This document shows, piece by piece, positions 31,853 to 39,901 of a stretch of DNA of 39,901 bases. The translations under genes were made by a program, and so were the position numbers. The notes under the pieces are model-generated. The model was not told where the DNA came from, made no database searches, and saw only the letters and a list, made by a program, of their open reading frames with translations. Each line of letters starts with the position of its first letter. Position 1 is the first letter of the stretch. This DNA comes from a virus: positions 1 through 39,901 of IMG/VR virus record IMGVR_UViG_3300040801_002123. One strand, given 5' to 3'.

Positions 31853-34408
31853 TCAGTGAATCCGCACGGAGCGGTCCTCCGCCGGCACGCGCACACTGCG
31901 ATCCTCGGCGCGCACCACTGCGATGCGATCCGGGGGCGTCACCAGCACGCCCAGCCAGAGATTGGTCGCGTCCACCCGCTGCGCCTGGCGCGCATCGGCC
32001 AGCGCGAGCGCATGCCCCTGCAGCAGGTCGAGCAGCTCGGCGCGCTGCACTTGGCGCACGTCCTCGACCGTCAGCACGCCGAGCGCGGAAAGCTCGATAT
32101 CGAGCAGGCGCTGCGCCTGGCGCGCCCCCGCCGGGGCGAGCACGACGCCGAACTGCAGCGGCGCCTCCTCGAGGACCTGTGCCTGGCGCACATCCGCGGG
32201 CACCAGCGTCTGCTGCTGCGCGAGCGCGAGGGCCTCCAGGCGCTGCGCCTGGCGCGCACCGGCCGGCAGGAGCACTACGCCGTGCAGCAGCTCGAGGACC
32301 TCCAGGCGCTGTGCCTGCGCGAGCTCCGCCAACACCAGGGCGTGCGCCTGGGTCAGTTCGGGGCTGGCCGCTCGCTGCGCCTGGCGCAGCGAGTCGAGCG
32401 CGAGCAGATAGGCCTGACCGAGGTCCAGTGAGTCCGCCCGCTGCGCCTGGCGCAGCACCGCCGGCGCCAGGGCCTGAGCCTGAGCGAGCGTGAGCGGCTC
32501 GGAGCGCTGGGCCTGAGCGAGGTCCTCGGATGACAGCGTGAACGCCTGCGCCAGATCGACGGCCTCCGCACGCTGCGCCTGCGCGAGGTCCTCGGCCGCG
32601 AGCGTGAAGCCCTGCGCCAGGTCGAAGAGATCCGCCCGCTGCGCCTGGCGAGAGTCGGCCAGCGCCAGCAGCACAGCCCCGCCGCCGGCCACGTAGTCCA
32701 CCGCCCCGAGGTCCACACCGCCCTGCCCGGCGCCCTGCACGGCCGGGTTCTGCGGCGCGAAGCCCTCGCGCATGTAGGCGAGGAAGGCGTCGAGGGTGTA
32801 TCCGGCGGCCGGCGTCGTCGGGGTGCCGTCGATGGCGTAACCGAGCAGCGTGGCCGCGTTGGCTGCGGCGGAGGCGATGGTTCCCGGCCCGCCCATGCTT
32901 GCGTCCCAGGTGGCAATGTTGCGGGTGGTGTCGTTGAGCTGCGGGTCGATCGGGATGTCGTTCGCGCCGCGGTCTGTGGCCGAGCCGTAGCCGCCGCCGG
33001 TGGCCCACCAGGGGGCTTGGTTCTCGGCTCCGACGTAGCTGTTGTCCGTGCCGAGGTCGAGGTTGGCCGGGTTGGTCTGGTTGTGGAATGCGTTGTAGTC
33101 GACGACCGCCGAGGCCTGCGAGACGAAGAACCCCTCCTGCCTGAGGCCGTCGGGGTTGTCGACGAACAGGCTGCTGGTGAGCTGCTGTAACTGGTTGGCG
33201 TCGCCGTTGGCCTCGCCGACAGCGATCCATGAGCGGCCTGCGAAGGTGCAGCGGTCGGCGGTGATGCGGGCGTTGACGTTCAGCGCGGTGATGACGACGG
33301 AGTCGTTGGTAAAGATGCAGCGGCGGATGGTCATTTCGCCGTCCGGGCTGACGTCGCCCACCTCGGGCGAGGGCGTGCCGTCGCAGACGAATACGCAGTC
33401 CTCTACCAAGCCAGTGCCGTTCACGATGTGCGGATTTGTGTTGCCCGCCGAGCATAGTGCCGAGTTGTGTAGTCGGCTCTGTTGGGTGCCGGTGCCGGTG
33501 ATGTTGGCCACGGCTTGGCCGTCCTCGGTGAGGAGGAACACGCGCACCGACTGCCGCCATGGGTTGAGGGCGTAGTCGTGCTGGGTGTTGACCATGACGA
33601 GGCCGTCGATCTCGGTGTCGGCGCACCAATCCTGTAGCGCCGCGCGTGCCGAGACGGGCTGCGCCATCACCGAGTCTCGGATTCGGCGCACGTATCCGAC
33701 CGCGACGTCGGACTCGATCTGCAGGCGTATGGCCGGGAATCTGGTCTGCGCGTCGTGCCAGCTCAGGGAGTCGAAGTCGAACTCAAATCGTCCATCGCCG
33801 CCGGGCGCCTCCAGGTACTGGGTGCCGTAGCGCAGGAGCCGGCCGTGGTGCCAGCGCATGCGAATGTCGCTGTTCCACTGCCTCACGTCCATACATCGCT
33901 GGGTTCCGTCGCCCATGTCGGTCCAGTCGTGGTAGTCCCAGGCCGTGGCGAAGCTGAGGAATAAGCTGGTCAACCATGCGGCGGCGCCGCCGTCCGCGAG
34001 GTCAGTGCGCGTCTCGACGTGCGCGGCGGGCGTTCCCGTTGCGATCCACTGCGCGATGCCCGCGCCGGCAGTGATCTCTATCTTGTAGCGGCTGCCGGTC
34101 GGCGGGCGGAACACGAGGTCGGCGCGCTGGTCGTAGGTGCCGCCCTCGGCGATGACGAGGTCGCCGCGCAGGGTGAGGTCGGAGGCGCTGATGAGCGTGG
34201 CGCCTGCCTGGATGGTGACTGCGGCCGTGTCGGTCGCCCCGCCCGTGCCTGCGGTGATGGGCGTGGCGGCTGGGAGCGTGACGGTGTGCCCGGCGGCGAG
34301 GGTCGCGGTGTCGCCGCCTGGGTCTTGGCCGTCGCCCGGGTAGCCGCCGCCGCCCCAGGTCGCGGGGGCGTCCCAGTCGCCCGTCTGGGTGGAGGTGTAG
34401 GCGGTCAC
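31853..34408 (-). CDS. Right-handed beta-helix (pectate-lyase-fold-like) protein with a C-terminal array of eleven 22-aa repeats. Possible tailspike or depolymerase.
   Basis: 851 aa. N-terminal TGDWDAPATWGGGGYP. Repetitive beta-helix-like segments (RRCIFTNDSVVITALNVNARITADRCTFAG...VVDYNAFHN). C-terminal RQAQR-containing repeats. Confidence 0.6.
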   Translation of the reverse strand: MTAYTSTQTGDWDAPATWGGGGYPGDGQDPGGDTATLAAGHTVTLPAATPITAGTGGATDTAAVTIQAGATLISASDLTLRGDLVIAEGGTYDQRADLVFRPPTGSRYKIEITAGAGIAQWIATGTPAAHVETRTDLADGGAAAWLTSLFLSFATAWDYHDWTDMGDGTQRCMDVRQWNSDIRMRWHHGRLLRYGTQYLEAPGGDGRFEFDFDSLSWHDAQTRFPAIRLQIESDVAVGYVRRIRDSVMAQPVSARAALQDWCADTEIDGLVMVNTQHDYALNPWRQSVRVFLLTEDGQAVANITGTGTQQSRLHNSALCSAGNTNPHIVNGTGLVEDCVFVCDGTPSPEVGDVSPDGEMTIRRCIFTNDSVVITALNVNARITADRCTFAGRSWIAVGEANGDANQLQQLTSSLFVDNPDGLRQEGFFVSQASAVVDYNAFHNQTNPANLDLGTDNSYVGAENQAPWWATGGGYGSATDRGANDIPIDPQLNDTTRNIATWDASMGGPGTIASAAANAATLLGYAIDGTPTTPAAGYTLDAFLAYMREGFAPQNPAVQGAGQGGVDLGAVDYVAGGGAVLLALADSRQAQRADLFDLAQGFTLAAEDLAQAQRAEAVDLAQAFTLSSEDLAQAQRSEPLTLAQAQALAPAVLRQAQRADSLDLGQAYLLALDSLRQAQRAASPELTQAHALVLAELAQAQRLEVLELLHGVVLLPAGARQAQRLEALALAQQQTLVPADVRQAQVLEEAPLQFGVVLAPAGARQAQRLLDIELSALGVLTVEDVRQVQRAELLDLLQGHALALADARQAQRVDATNLWLGVLVTPPDRIAVVRAEDRSVRVPAEDRSVRIH
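31977..32702. repeat. Eleven tandem 66-bp units in exact phase with no indels. Conserved core CGCTGCGCCTGGCGC at 31977, 32043, 32109, 32175, 32241, 32307, 32373, 32439, 32505, 32571 and 32637.
   Basis: Core positions counted by hand. Every spacing is exactly 66 bp. The array lies inside the beta-helix ORF. Confidence 0.85.
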
Positions 34409-34411
34409 GCG

Positions 34412-35026
34412 CTAGGGCTCGGCGATCTCGCAGAGCACGACGCCGCCGCGATGCTCGCGCCATGTGCGGCCGAAGGCGGAGGGCTCGACGAGGGCCCCGC
34501 AGTCGGCGCCGACCTCTGCCCGGCCGATCTCATCGCGGGTAGGCCAGATCGGAGGGGCGTGGTACAGCGGGCGGGTCGGGTAGGTGCGGTTCGGGGCGAC
34601 TATCCATCGCGCGGGCGCCGTGCACTCGCCGCAGAGGATCAGGGGGGCGGCTGGCTCGCCGTCCGGGGCGGTGACTCCGAGGGCGGTGACGGTGTTGCTC
34701 CAGCGCGAGGTCTGCCCTGCCTCGTCGTAGGCCAGCAGGCGGCAGGTCACGCTCTGCCCCGGGGCGAGGGTCAGGGGTAGCGCCCAGCTCCGCAGGGCGG
34801 TGTCGGTGCTGGGGAGGTCGTAGGTCGCGCCGGCGCACTCGGCGCGGAAGCCGGCGAGGTCATCCGTCGCGCTCCCGTCGACATTCGTCCACCCGGCGCC
34901 GCCAGTCGGCGATTGCCAGCGGAGCTCGAGGGCGCCCGCCGCCGTTGCGGCGCACATTGAAAGCAGCAGCAGGAAACATTGGGAAAAGACGGCCCGCAGC
35001 ATCTGCGGGCGGCTCGCGGCCGGCAT
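34412..35026 (-). CDS. Secreted or periplasmic protein with an N-terminal signal peptide (204 aa).
   Basis: GGAGGTGA SD upstream of ATG 35026. Signal-like MPAASRPQMLRAVFSQCFLLLLSMCAATAAGA. Confidence 0.6.
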   Translation of the reverse strand: MPAASRPQMLRAVFSQCFLLLLSMCAATAAGALELRWQSPTGGAGWTNVDGSATDDLAGFRAECAGATYDLPSTDTALRSWALPLTLAPGQSVTCRLLAYDEAGQTSRWSNTVTALGVTAPDGEPAAPLILCGECTAPARWIVAPNRTYPTRPLYHAPPIWPTRDEIGRAEVGADCGALVEPSAFGRTWREHRGGVVLCEIAEP

Positions 35027-35070
35027 GGATCACCTCCTCTAGCCTGTAACGCATACCACTCCCAGACACG

Positions 35071-35103
35071 AAAAAACCGACGCGCCCCGGGTGGAGCGGT
35101 CGG
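35071..35103 (-). terminator. Rho-independent terminator (minus strand): CCGACCGC...GCGTCGG stem followed by TTTTTT.
   Basis: Read directly in the 143-bp gap between genes 35170..35364 and 34412..35026. Confidence 0.6.
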
Positions 35104-35169
35104 CTTCGGCGCCTTACTCTGATCGGGCGCTAGGCTAGACAGGTCGTCAAGACAGATACAGGGCCAGGG

Positions 35170-35364
35170 CTAGCCCGGAGGGGAGAGCTCAATCGGCACG
35201 CGCACCCAGCGCTTGCAGCGGCACAGTGCCGTGCCCTTGCGTGGATCGATGCAACGCGAGCGGATCACCACCCCGTCATAGATCCGGTGCCCGCACTCGC
35301 AGGTCACCGCCGAGGGGTGCACATCCACCAGCCGGCCACCGATGCGCGCGGCCGGCGCGCTCAT
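35170..35364 (-). CDS. Small Cys-rich zinc-ribbon protein (64 aa).
   Basis: CECGH...CRCKRW. ATGA overlap with the Mu F-like gene. Confidence 0.55.
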   Translation of the reverse strand: MSAPAARIGGRLVDVHPSAVTCECGHRIYDGVVIRSRCIDPRKGTALCRCKRWVRVPIELSPPG

Positions 35365-36551
35365 AGCAGGGCGTCCGGCGGCAGGCCCGGATCCATGCCG
35401 AGCACCGTGCTGCCCTCGATCGTCTTCCCCCGCGGTGGCGGTGGGCGCAGCTGGTCGATGTCGATCCCGCGGCGCTCATAGCGCCGGCGCAGGACCCGCC
35501 AGGGCGTGGCGATCTCGTTCTCCCGCAGGATGCCCGCACGCAGCGCGCCGGCCTTGTGCCGTGACCTCAGCACCGCCGCCTGCACCCCCGGCGGCTGCCC
35601 GCGCAGCCAGTCGATACGGCTCAGCTTGCCGGCGCGGTCCTCCTCGCTGATCTCGTCGACGAACACGATCTGCACGAAGCTCAGCGTGTTCGGGTGCGCC
35701 GGCCAGGGACAGCGCTCGCGGCTCGGATACACGCCGGGCCCGAGCCCGTGCACGTTCGCCCGCGCGTGCATGTCGCAGATGTCCGGCTCCGGGTGGCGCG
35801 GCGAGAGCATGAAGCGCCAGCCGCCGAAGTCCTCGTGCCCTTCACCCGACCGCATGTAGGCCTCGCCGTGCGCGCGGTTGATCTCGGTGCGGAACACCGT
35901 CAGCGCATGCGCATAGGGCGAGCTCGGCCCGGTGATCAAAGCGGCGCCAGCGGCCTTGGCCACCCGGCCGGCCTGAGACGCGCCGACCTTCGCCGCGAGT
36001 TCCGGCGGCACGGGCTCGCCCCGGCCCAGAAAGTCCAGAGTGGCCCGAGAGGCCGAGTGCCCCTGAATCACCGCCTGCTCGATCTGCCGGCGCACCGCAT
36101 CGCGAGCGCCGGCGTTCAGTCGCCAGATACGATCCGAGAGCTGCAGCCCATCCTCGGCCACGAATGAGAGCGTGAAGCGCACCGCCTCATCCGCCACGCG
36201 GGTGACGTCGCCGGCGATGCTCGCCGATGCCCCGCGCCACGGATCCACACCGAGCTCCGCTGCCTTGCGCAGCCCATCGCCCAGCAGCCCGTCGCGCGCG
36301 GCGTTGAGTGCCTGCAGGCGCGCGTCGACCTGGCCGAGCAGATCCTGCAGGACCTCCAGGCGCAGCGTGCCGTCGCGGCCGGCGTAACCCTCGATACTGC
36401 GCACCAGATCATCCCGGACCCCCAGATAGACACGCTCGAGCTCCGAGCGCATATCCCTGTCCAGGCCGACCATCGCCCGGCGCGCCGAGGCCGACGCGCG
36501 ACGGATCGCCGCCTTCGCGGCCGTGCGCGGGTTGACCGCCAGCGCGACCAT
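35361..36551 (-). CDS. Head morphogenesis / minor capsid protein (Mu F / SPP1 gp7 family).
   Basis: 396 aa directly after the portal gene. Contains ALTVFRTEINRAHGEAYM. Confidence 0.7.
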   Translation of the reverse strand: MVALAVNPRTAAKAAIRRASASARRAMVGLDRDMRSELERVYLGVRDDLVRSIEGYAGRDGTLRLEVLQDLLGQVDARLQALNAARDGLLGDGLRKAAELGVDPWRGASASIAGDVTRVADEAVRFTLSFVAEDGLQLSDRIWRLNAGARDAVRRQIEQAVIQGHSASRATLDFLGRGEPVPPELAAKVGASQAGRVAKAAGAALITGPSSPYAHALTVFRTEINRAHGEAYMRSGEGHEDFGGWRFMLSPRHPEPDICDMHARANVHGLGPGVYPSRERCPWPAHPNTLSFVQIVFVDEISEEDRAGKLSRIDWLRGQPPGVQAAVLRSRHKAGALRAGILRENEIATPWRVLRRRYERRGIDIDQLRPPPPRGKTIEGSTVLGMDPGLPPDALL

Positions 36552-36558
36552 TGCCGGC

Positions 36559-37941
36559 CTAACCGCGCGTCGCGATCGTGGTGGCGCTCTCGCCCTTGCG
36601 CGCGTTTCCGGGCGTTACGTTCACCCGCGGCCCGATGTTGCCCGGGTCCGGGTAGGGGCTGCCCTCCAGTTCGTCCTGCTTACGCTGCTCGCGCTCCAGC
36701 GCCGGGTCCAGCCCGGCCGCACGCATCACCGTCTCTGTGGAGGCGCCCAGCGCCTGGTACTTGAGGGCCCGGTCCGCCGCCTGGTTCGGCGTCTCCGTGC
36801 GCCGCTCCGCGAACTTGACCTGGAAATCCTGTGCGTCCGGGTTCACCCCGCGCAGCAGAAGCTCCAGGCGGAAGCCGAGCTCATAGACATAGGCCAGGGT
36901 GTCCTGCAGGGCATCGATCTCCTCGAAGTAATCCCGCTTCAGGTCCTCGAGGATGTCCCGCTGCAGATCGCCGGCGTAGCCGAACAGGCCCTTGGGGGCC
37001 GGCGCGCCGGAGAAGAACGTATCCAGCAGATGGGCAACGTCCGCGATTTGATCCAGGTTCGCGTCGCCTTGCAGGGCGCTCACCGAGCCCTTCCGGTTGA
37101 GGTAGAAGTCGGTGGTGATCTCGCCGGCCTCAGCCTCGTGCCCCGCCCGGTAGCTCTCCAGTTCCTCCTGCGTCGCCCCCTCCAGCACGTGCGCCATACG
37201 CAGTGGCGCGCGCTGCCGCCGACGGACCACCAGGTCCTCCTCGGTCATGATCAGCTTGCGCCAGGGCCCGCGGGCGGCATCTAAATAGGGTCTACCCAGA
37301 CTCCCCTTGTCGTCCCAGTTGTCAGGCGTGAGGCGCACCAGTGCGAGCTGCCAGAGCGGGAAACTCGCCACCACCCGGTGGCCGGTCAGGTCGTATTGAA
37401 CGAAGGCCTCCGCCACGTCGAGGAAGCGCCCACTGGCCCCGACCCGCGGGACGATCGTCTCGCTCGGCATGCGCACGGCCGCCACCACCTGGCGTTGATC
37501 GTCCAGGACCCACTGGATCGGCAGGTTCCCCTCCATCACCAGGCCCCGGCAGTCGCTCTCGAGCTTCTCCTGGCGATGCAACTCCAGGCGCGCGGCGAAT
37601 CGATCCCACAAGCGCAGCAGGCGTCGGTTCGTGCTGGACGTCTGCAGCAGCAGGCCGCCCTTGACGGCCGTGCGCGCCATGCGCCCGTGGATCCGCTTCA
37701 CCCTCGGGTCGATCGTGTCCATGGCTCGGATATCGAGGATCGCCGCGCGCAGCGTGGCGTCCACGTACATCTGGCGATAGAGGTAGCGGATCGAGGCCTC
37801 GGGCGTCGCGCGCATGCCGCGCTCAGTCACGCCCTCCATCGGTTGCCCCGCGGCGCGCGCGGCGCGGGCGAGGGCCTCGGGCGGAAGCTCGCCCAGGCCG
37901 AGTCGGATGTATCGCTGCTGGATCGTGCTCAGGTTCGCCAT
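36559..37941 (-). CDS. Portal protein.
   Basis: 460 aa between the TerL and Mu F-like genes. Size and position are typical. Confidence 0.75.
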   Translation of the reverse strand: MANLSTIQQRYIRLGLGELPPEALARAARAAGQPMEGVTERGMRATPEASIRYLYRQMYVDATLRAAILDIRAMDTIDPRVKRIHGRMARTAVKGGLLLQTSSTNRRLLRLWDRFAARLELHRQEKLESDCRGLVMEGNLPIQWVLDDQRQVVAAVRMPSETIVPRVGASGRFLDVAEAFVQYDLTGHRVVASFPLWQLALVRLTPDNWDDKGSLGRPYLDAARGPWRKLIMTEEDLVVRRRQRAPLRMAHVLEGATQEELESYRAGHEAEAGEITTDFYLNRKGSVSALQGDANLDQIADVAHLLDTFFSGAPAPKGLFGYAGDLQRDILEDLKRDYFEEIDALQDTLAYVYELGFRLELLLRGVNPDAQDFQVKFAERRTETPNQAADRALKYQALGASTETVMRAAGLDPALEREQRKQDELEGSPYPDPGNIGPRVNVTPGNARKGESATTIATRG

Positions 37942-37951
37942 GGGCGGGTCC

Positions 37952-39556
37952 TCATGCAGGCATCGGGTCGCTCGGCAGGCGCACCGGCGCCTCTCCGAGC
38001 AGGTGCTCTCGGCGGGTCTTGCGGGTCTCGACCAGGGTCACCACATCCGTGGCCCCGCGACTCACCAACCCCCACACGGCCGCGAGGTAGGCGTCGAAGA
38101 GGTCGTCGCCCTGTTTGTCGTCCACCATCCGATAGGTCGAATAGCTGCCGTTCTTCACCGGCGCGCCGCGGATGTTGCTGAGCTGGCGGTAGAGGCGGCG
38201 CAGCGAGGCCGTGTCGAGGTCGTCCTCCGGTCGGTCATCGATGTAGGGGTGAGCCGCCTGAGCATTGTTGTGGATCGACCGGGCGGCGGACGCCATCTGG
38301 TGCTTGGCCATGCCCTCGAAGCGGAGCGGCGAGAAGGCCCAGCCCGACCAGGTGCTCGCCGTGCTCTCGCCGTCGCCGATCGTGCGACGGTCGATCGTGG
38401 TGAGCCCGCGCTGGTAGAGCGCGTCGTTCACGAACGTGAGTAGGCCCACACCGAAGGCATCCCCGTGCGCGACATCGGGTCGGAAGTAGTCCCACAGGGC
38501 CAGCAGGTCCGCGCCGACCACCTTCTCATCCGTGCCCGGGGGCCACTCGCGGGCGTAGCGCGTGCACGTGTAGTTGCCGATCTGCTCGAGCACGATCACG
38601 GCGTACCGCGAGCTCTCCGGGCGCTCGCCGTGGCCGCTGTGGTCATAGCCGAGAGAGACCAGGCCGCGCCGCTGGTACTGCATGCCTGGCAGCGGGTCCG
38701 CCGGCTCGATAGCGGCCTTGAGCCCGGTCTGCATCGCACGGCGCAGCCAGGCCTCCCAGATCAGATTCCGCGCGCTCACGTTGCGGCACAGCAGCTGGCG
38801 GATGTACTCGTCCGGCGCGAGCTGCGATCGCATGAGGTCGAGGAACTCCGAGTTCAGGATGCCGAGCTCCTGGCCGAGATAGGCATCCACGGTGGGGAGC
38901 ACGTGGTACTCGCCGCTGCGCACCATGTCCGACAGGGTGTCCGCGCCCTTGTAGACCCCGGTGATCCGGATCACCGGATCATTTCGGCTCTCCTGCGAGG
39001 CCCCGAGCCGGCGTGTGGATCCCATCATCAGCAGAAAGCGCGAATACAGCCGGTCCTTGGGCATGTCGTCGACCTCCTCGAGGGAGGCCACGGTCAGGTC
39101 CCCGCCGTCGACCTGGGCCATGATGCCGTAGGCCTGCGCCTTGGAGCGGTTCGCGAACTGGTAGTAGCTGTCCGCCATCTGGGTGCGCCCGCTCTTGTGC
39201 GCGAGGTACGCAGTCAGAATCGGTGAGCGGCGGATCGCGTCCAGGTGATAGTTCAGGTTGACGATCGACTGCGCCTCTCTGGGCGCCACGATGCCGAGCT
39301 CCTGGTCTGGCTCGGTCGCGTTGTACTCCAGCGCGTGCATCTCCTTGACCGCCGTCTTGCCCGTGCGCCGGCAGGAGAAGTCGATCGTGCGGCGATGCTC
39401 GTCCATCTCCAGCATCTTCAGCACCTGCACCGAGTCCAGCTCCACGTTGTGGACGTGCTTGTGCCAGGCCGCGTGATCGCCGCGCCAGCGCGCGAGCTCC
39501 TGCTCGGCGACGTTGCGTAGCTGCAACCGCTTGGCCGCGGAGATCCGCTCAGGCAT
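37952..39556 (-). CDS. Terminase large subunit.
   Basis: 534 aa. Walker A-like CRRTGKTAV. Walker B-like VASLEEVDD. C-terminal nuclease-like region. Confidence 0.8.
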   Translation of the reverse strand: MPERISAAKRLQLRNVAEQELARWRGDHAAWHKHVHNVELDSVQVLKMLEMDEHRRTIDFSCRRTGKTAVKEMHALEYNATEPDQELGIVAPREAQSIVNLNYHLDAIRRSPILTAYLAHKSGRTQMADSYYQFANRSKAQAYGIMAQVDGGDLTVASLEEVDDMPKDRLYSRFLLMMGSTRRLGASQESRNDPVIRITGVYKGADTLSDMVRSGEYHVLPTVDAYLGQELGILNSEFLDLMRSQLAPDEYIRQLLCRNVSARNLIWEAWLRRAMQTGLKAAIEPADPLPGMQYQRRGLVSLGYDHSGHGERPESSRYAVIVLEQIGNYTCTRYAREWPPGTDEKVVGADLLALWDYFRPDVAHGDAFGVGLLTFVNDALYQRGLTTIDRRTIGDGESTASTWSGWAFSPLRFEGMAKHQMASAARSIHNNAQAAHPYIDDRPEDDLDTASLRRLYRQLSNIRGAPVKNGSYSTYRMVDDKQGDDLFDAYLAAVWGLVSRGATDVVTLVETRKTRREHLLGEAPVRLPSDPMPA

Positions 39557-39567
39557 CCCCGCGGCTC

Positions 39568-39901
39568 CTAGCGCGCGTCGTCATCGTCGGCCTGCCGATG
39601 CTCGATCAATACCGGGTCGCGGGCGAGGTTATCTCGGCTGCGCCTGATCTGCTCCGAGAGCTGCTCGAGCAGCCCCGAGGTGCGCTCCTGGTACTCCAGC
39701 GCGGACTCGCGCTCATCGCGCTGCCCGTCGAGAAAACCCTGCACCATGTCGTCCTGGGTCTGCTGGCGCGGCGTCATGTCCAGATCGGCCAGCGTCATGC
39801 TGTTCTTGGCCATGAAGTCGGCCAGGCGCTTGAGCAGTGGGTGCTCGCTCAGTTCGTAGATCTGAGACCACTCACCATCAGGCACCGTGCCCTCGATCTC
39901 A
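39568..39901 (-). CDS. C-terminal part of the junction-spanning small terminase-like ORF. Nt 39785-39901 duplicate nt 1-117.
   Basis: Same frame as 1..779. The Met listed at 39885 is internal to the full ORF. Confidence 0.5.
   Translation of the reverse strand, partial: EIEGTVPDGEWSQIYELSEHPLLKRLADFMAKNSMTLADLDMTPRQQTQDDMVQGFLDGQRDERESALEYQERTSGLLEQLSEQIRRSRDNLARDPVLIEHRQADDDDAR
39785..39901. repeat. Terminal direct repeat, copy 2 (same as nt 1-117).
   Basis: Identical 117 nt at the window start. Confidence 0.9.

Noticed and set aside
31977-32702. CRISPR-like pattern: a conserved core of about 15 bp alternating with variable sequence of about 51 bp at a fixed 66-bp period.
   Set aside because: The whole array lies in one long open frame with strong third-position G+C and translates into a coherent 22-aa protein repeat. 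The period is a multiple of 3. The so-called spacers are related to each other. No cas genes or leader are present.
31848-33629. 593-aa minus-strand ORF overlapping the beta-helix gene in another frame.
   Set aside because: The product is an extreme Arg/Gly/Ala/Pro string. The alternative frame (31853-34408) gives a protein with beta-helix motifs and the 22-aa repeats.
31853-34408. Diversity-generating retroelement targeting the repeat-bearing receptor-like protein.
   Set aside because: I recognised no reverse transcriptase ORF and no template-repeat/variable-repeat pair with adenine-specific differences anywhere in the window.

Overview
The window looks like a complete, circularly assembled genome of a GC-rich temperate siphovirus, or an excised prophage. 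Nt 1-117 are identical to nt 39785-39901, so the unique length is about 39,784 bp, and one gene runs across the artificial junction.

Almost everything is coded on the minus strand. I accept only two plus-strand genes: a CI-like repressor and a superinfection-immunity moron.

Map in minus-strand transcription order:
- Immunity switch at about 13.66-13.76 kb, with a 29-bp perfect palindrome.
- RHH Cro-like gene, a 200-bp structured spacer, then a CII (CP76-type) regulator.
- A chain of small translationally coupled early ORFs. These include a catalytic-domain-only tyrosine recombinase and a csrA homologue that is in frame with, and nested inside, a longer ORF.
- HNH endonuclease, then a Toprim primase / P-loop helicase.
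- A 534-bp non-coding region with 11-mer iterons and an AT-rich palindrome.
- Xer-like tyrosine recombinase, a second structured non-coding region, a Mor-like activator and a large serine recombinase.
- Small terminase-like gene (spans the junction), TerL, portal, and a Mu F/SPP1 gp7-like head protein.
- A terminator-bracketed five-gene cassette containing a beta-helix protein with 11 exact 66-bp repeats.
- A protease-scaffold-capsid fusion, head-tail genes, major tail protein, G/G-T chaperones with a T_TTT_TTC slip site, and the tape measure.
- Lambda M/L/K/J-like tip genes and a tail fibre.

The least conventional parts are the nested/fused CsrA, the presence of three site-specific recombinases with inverted-repeat-bounded non-coding modules on both sides of the Xer-like gene, an ORF interrupted by an in-frame TAG, and the 22-aa repeat array.

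All functional calls rest on motifs I recognised by eye and on gene order. No database search was run. Many long ORFs in the track are antisense or out-of-frame shadows typical of high-GC DNA, and I rejected them.
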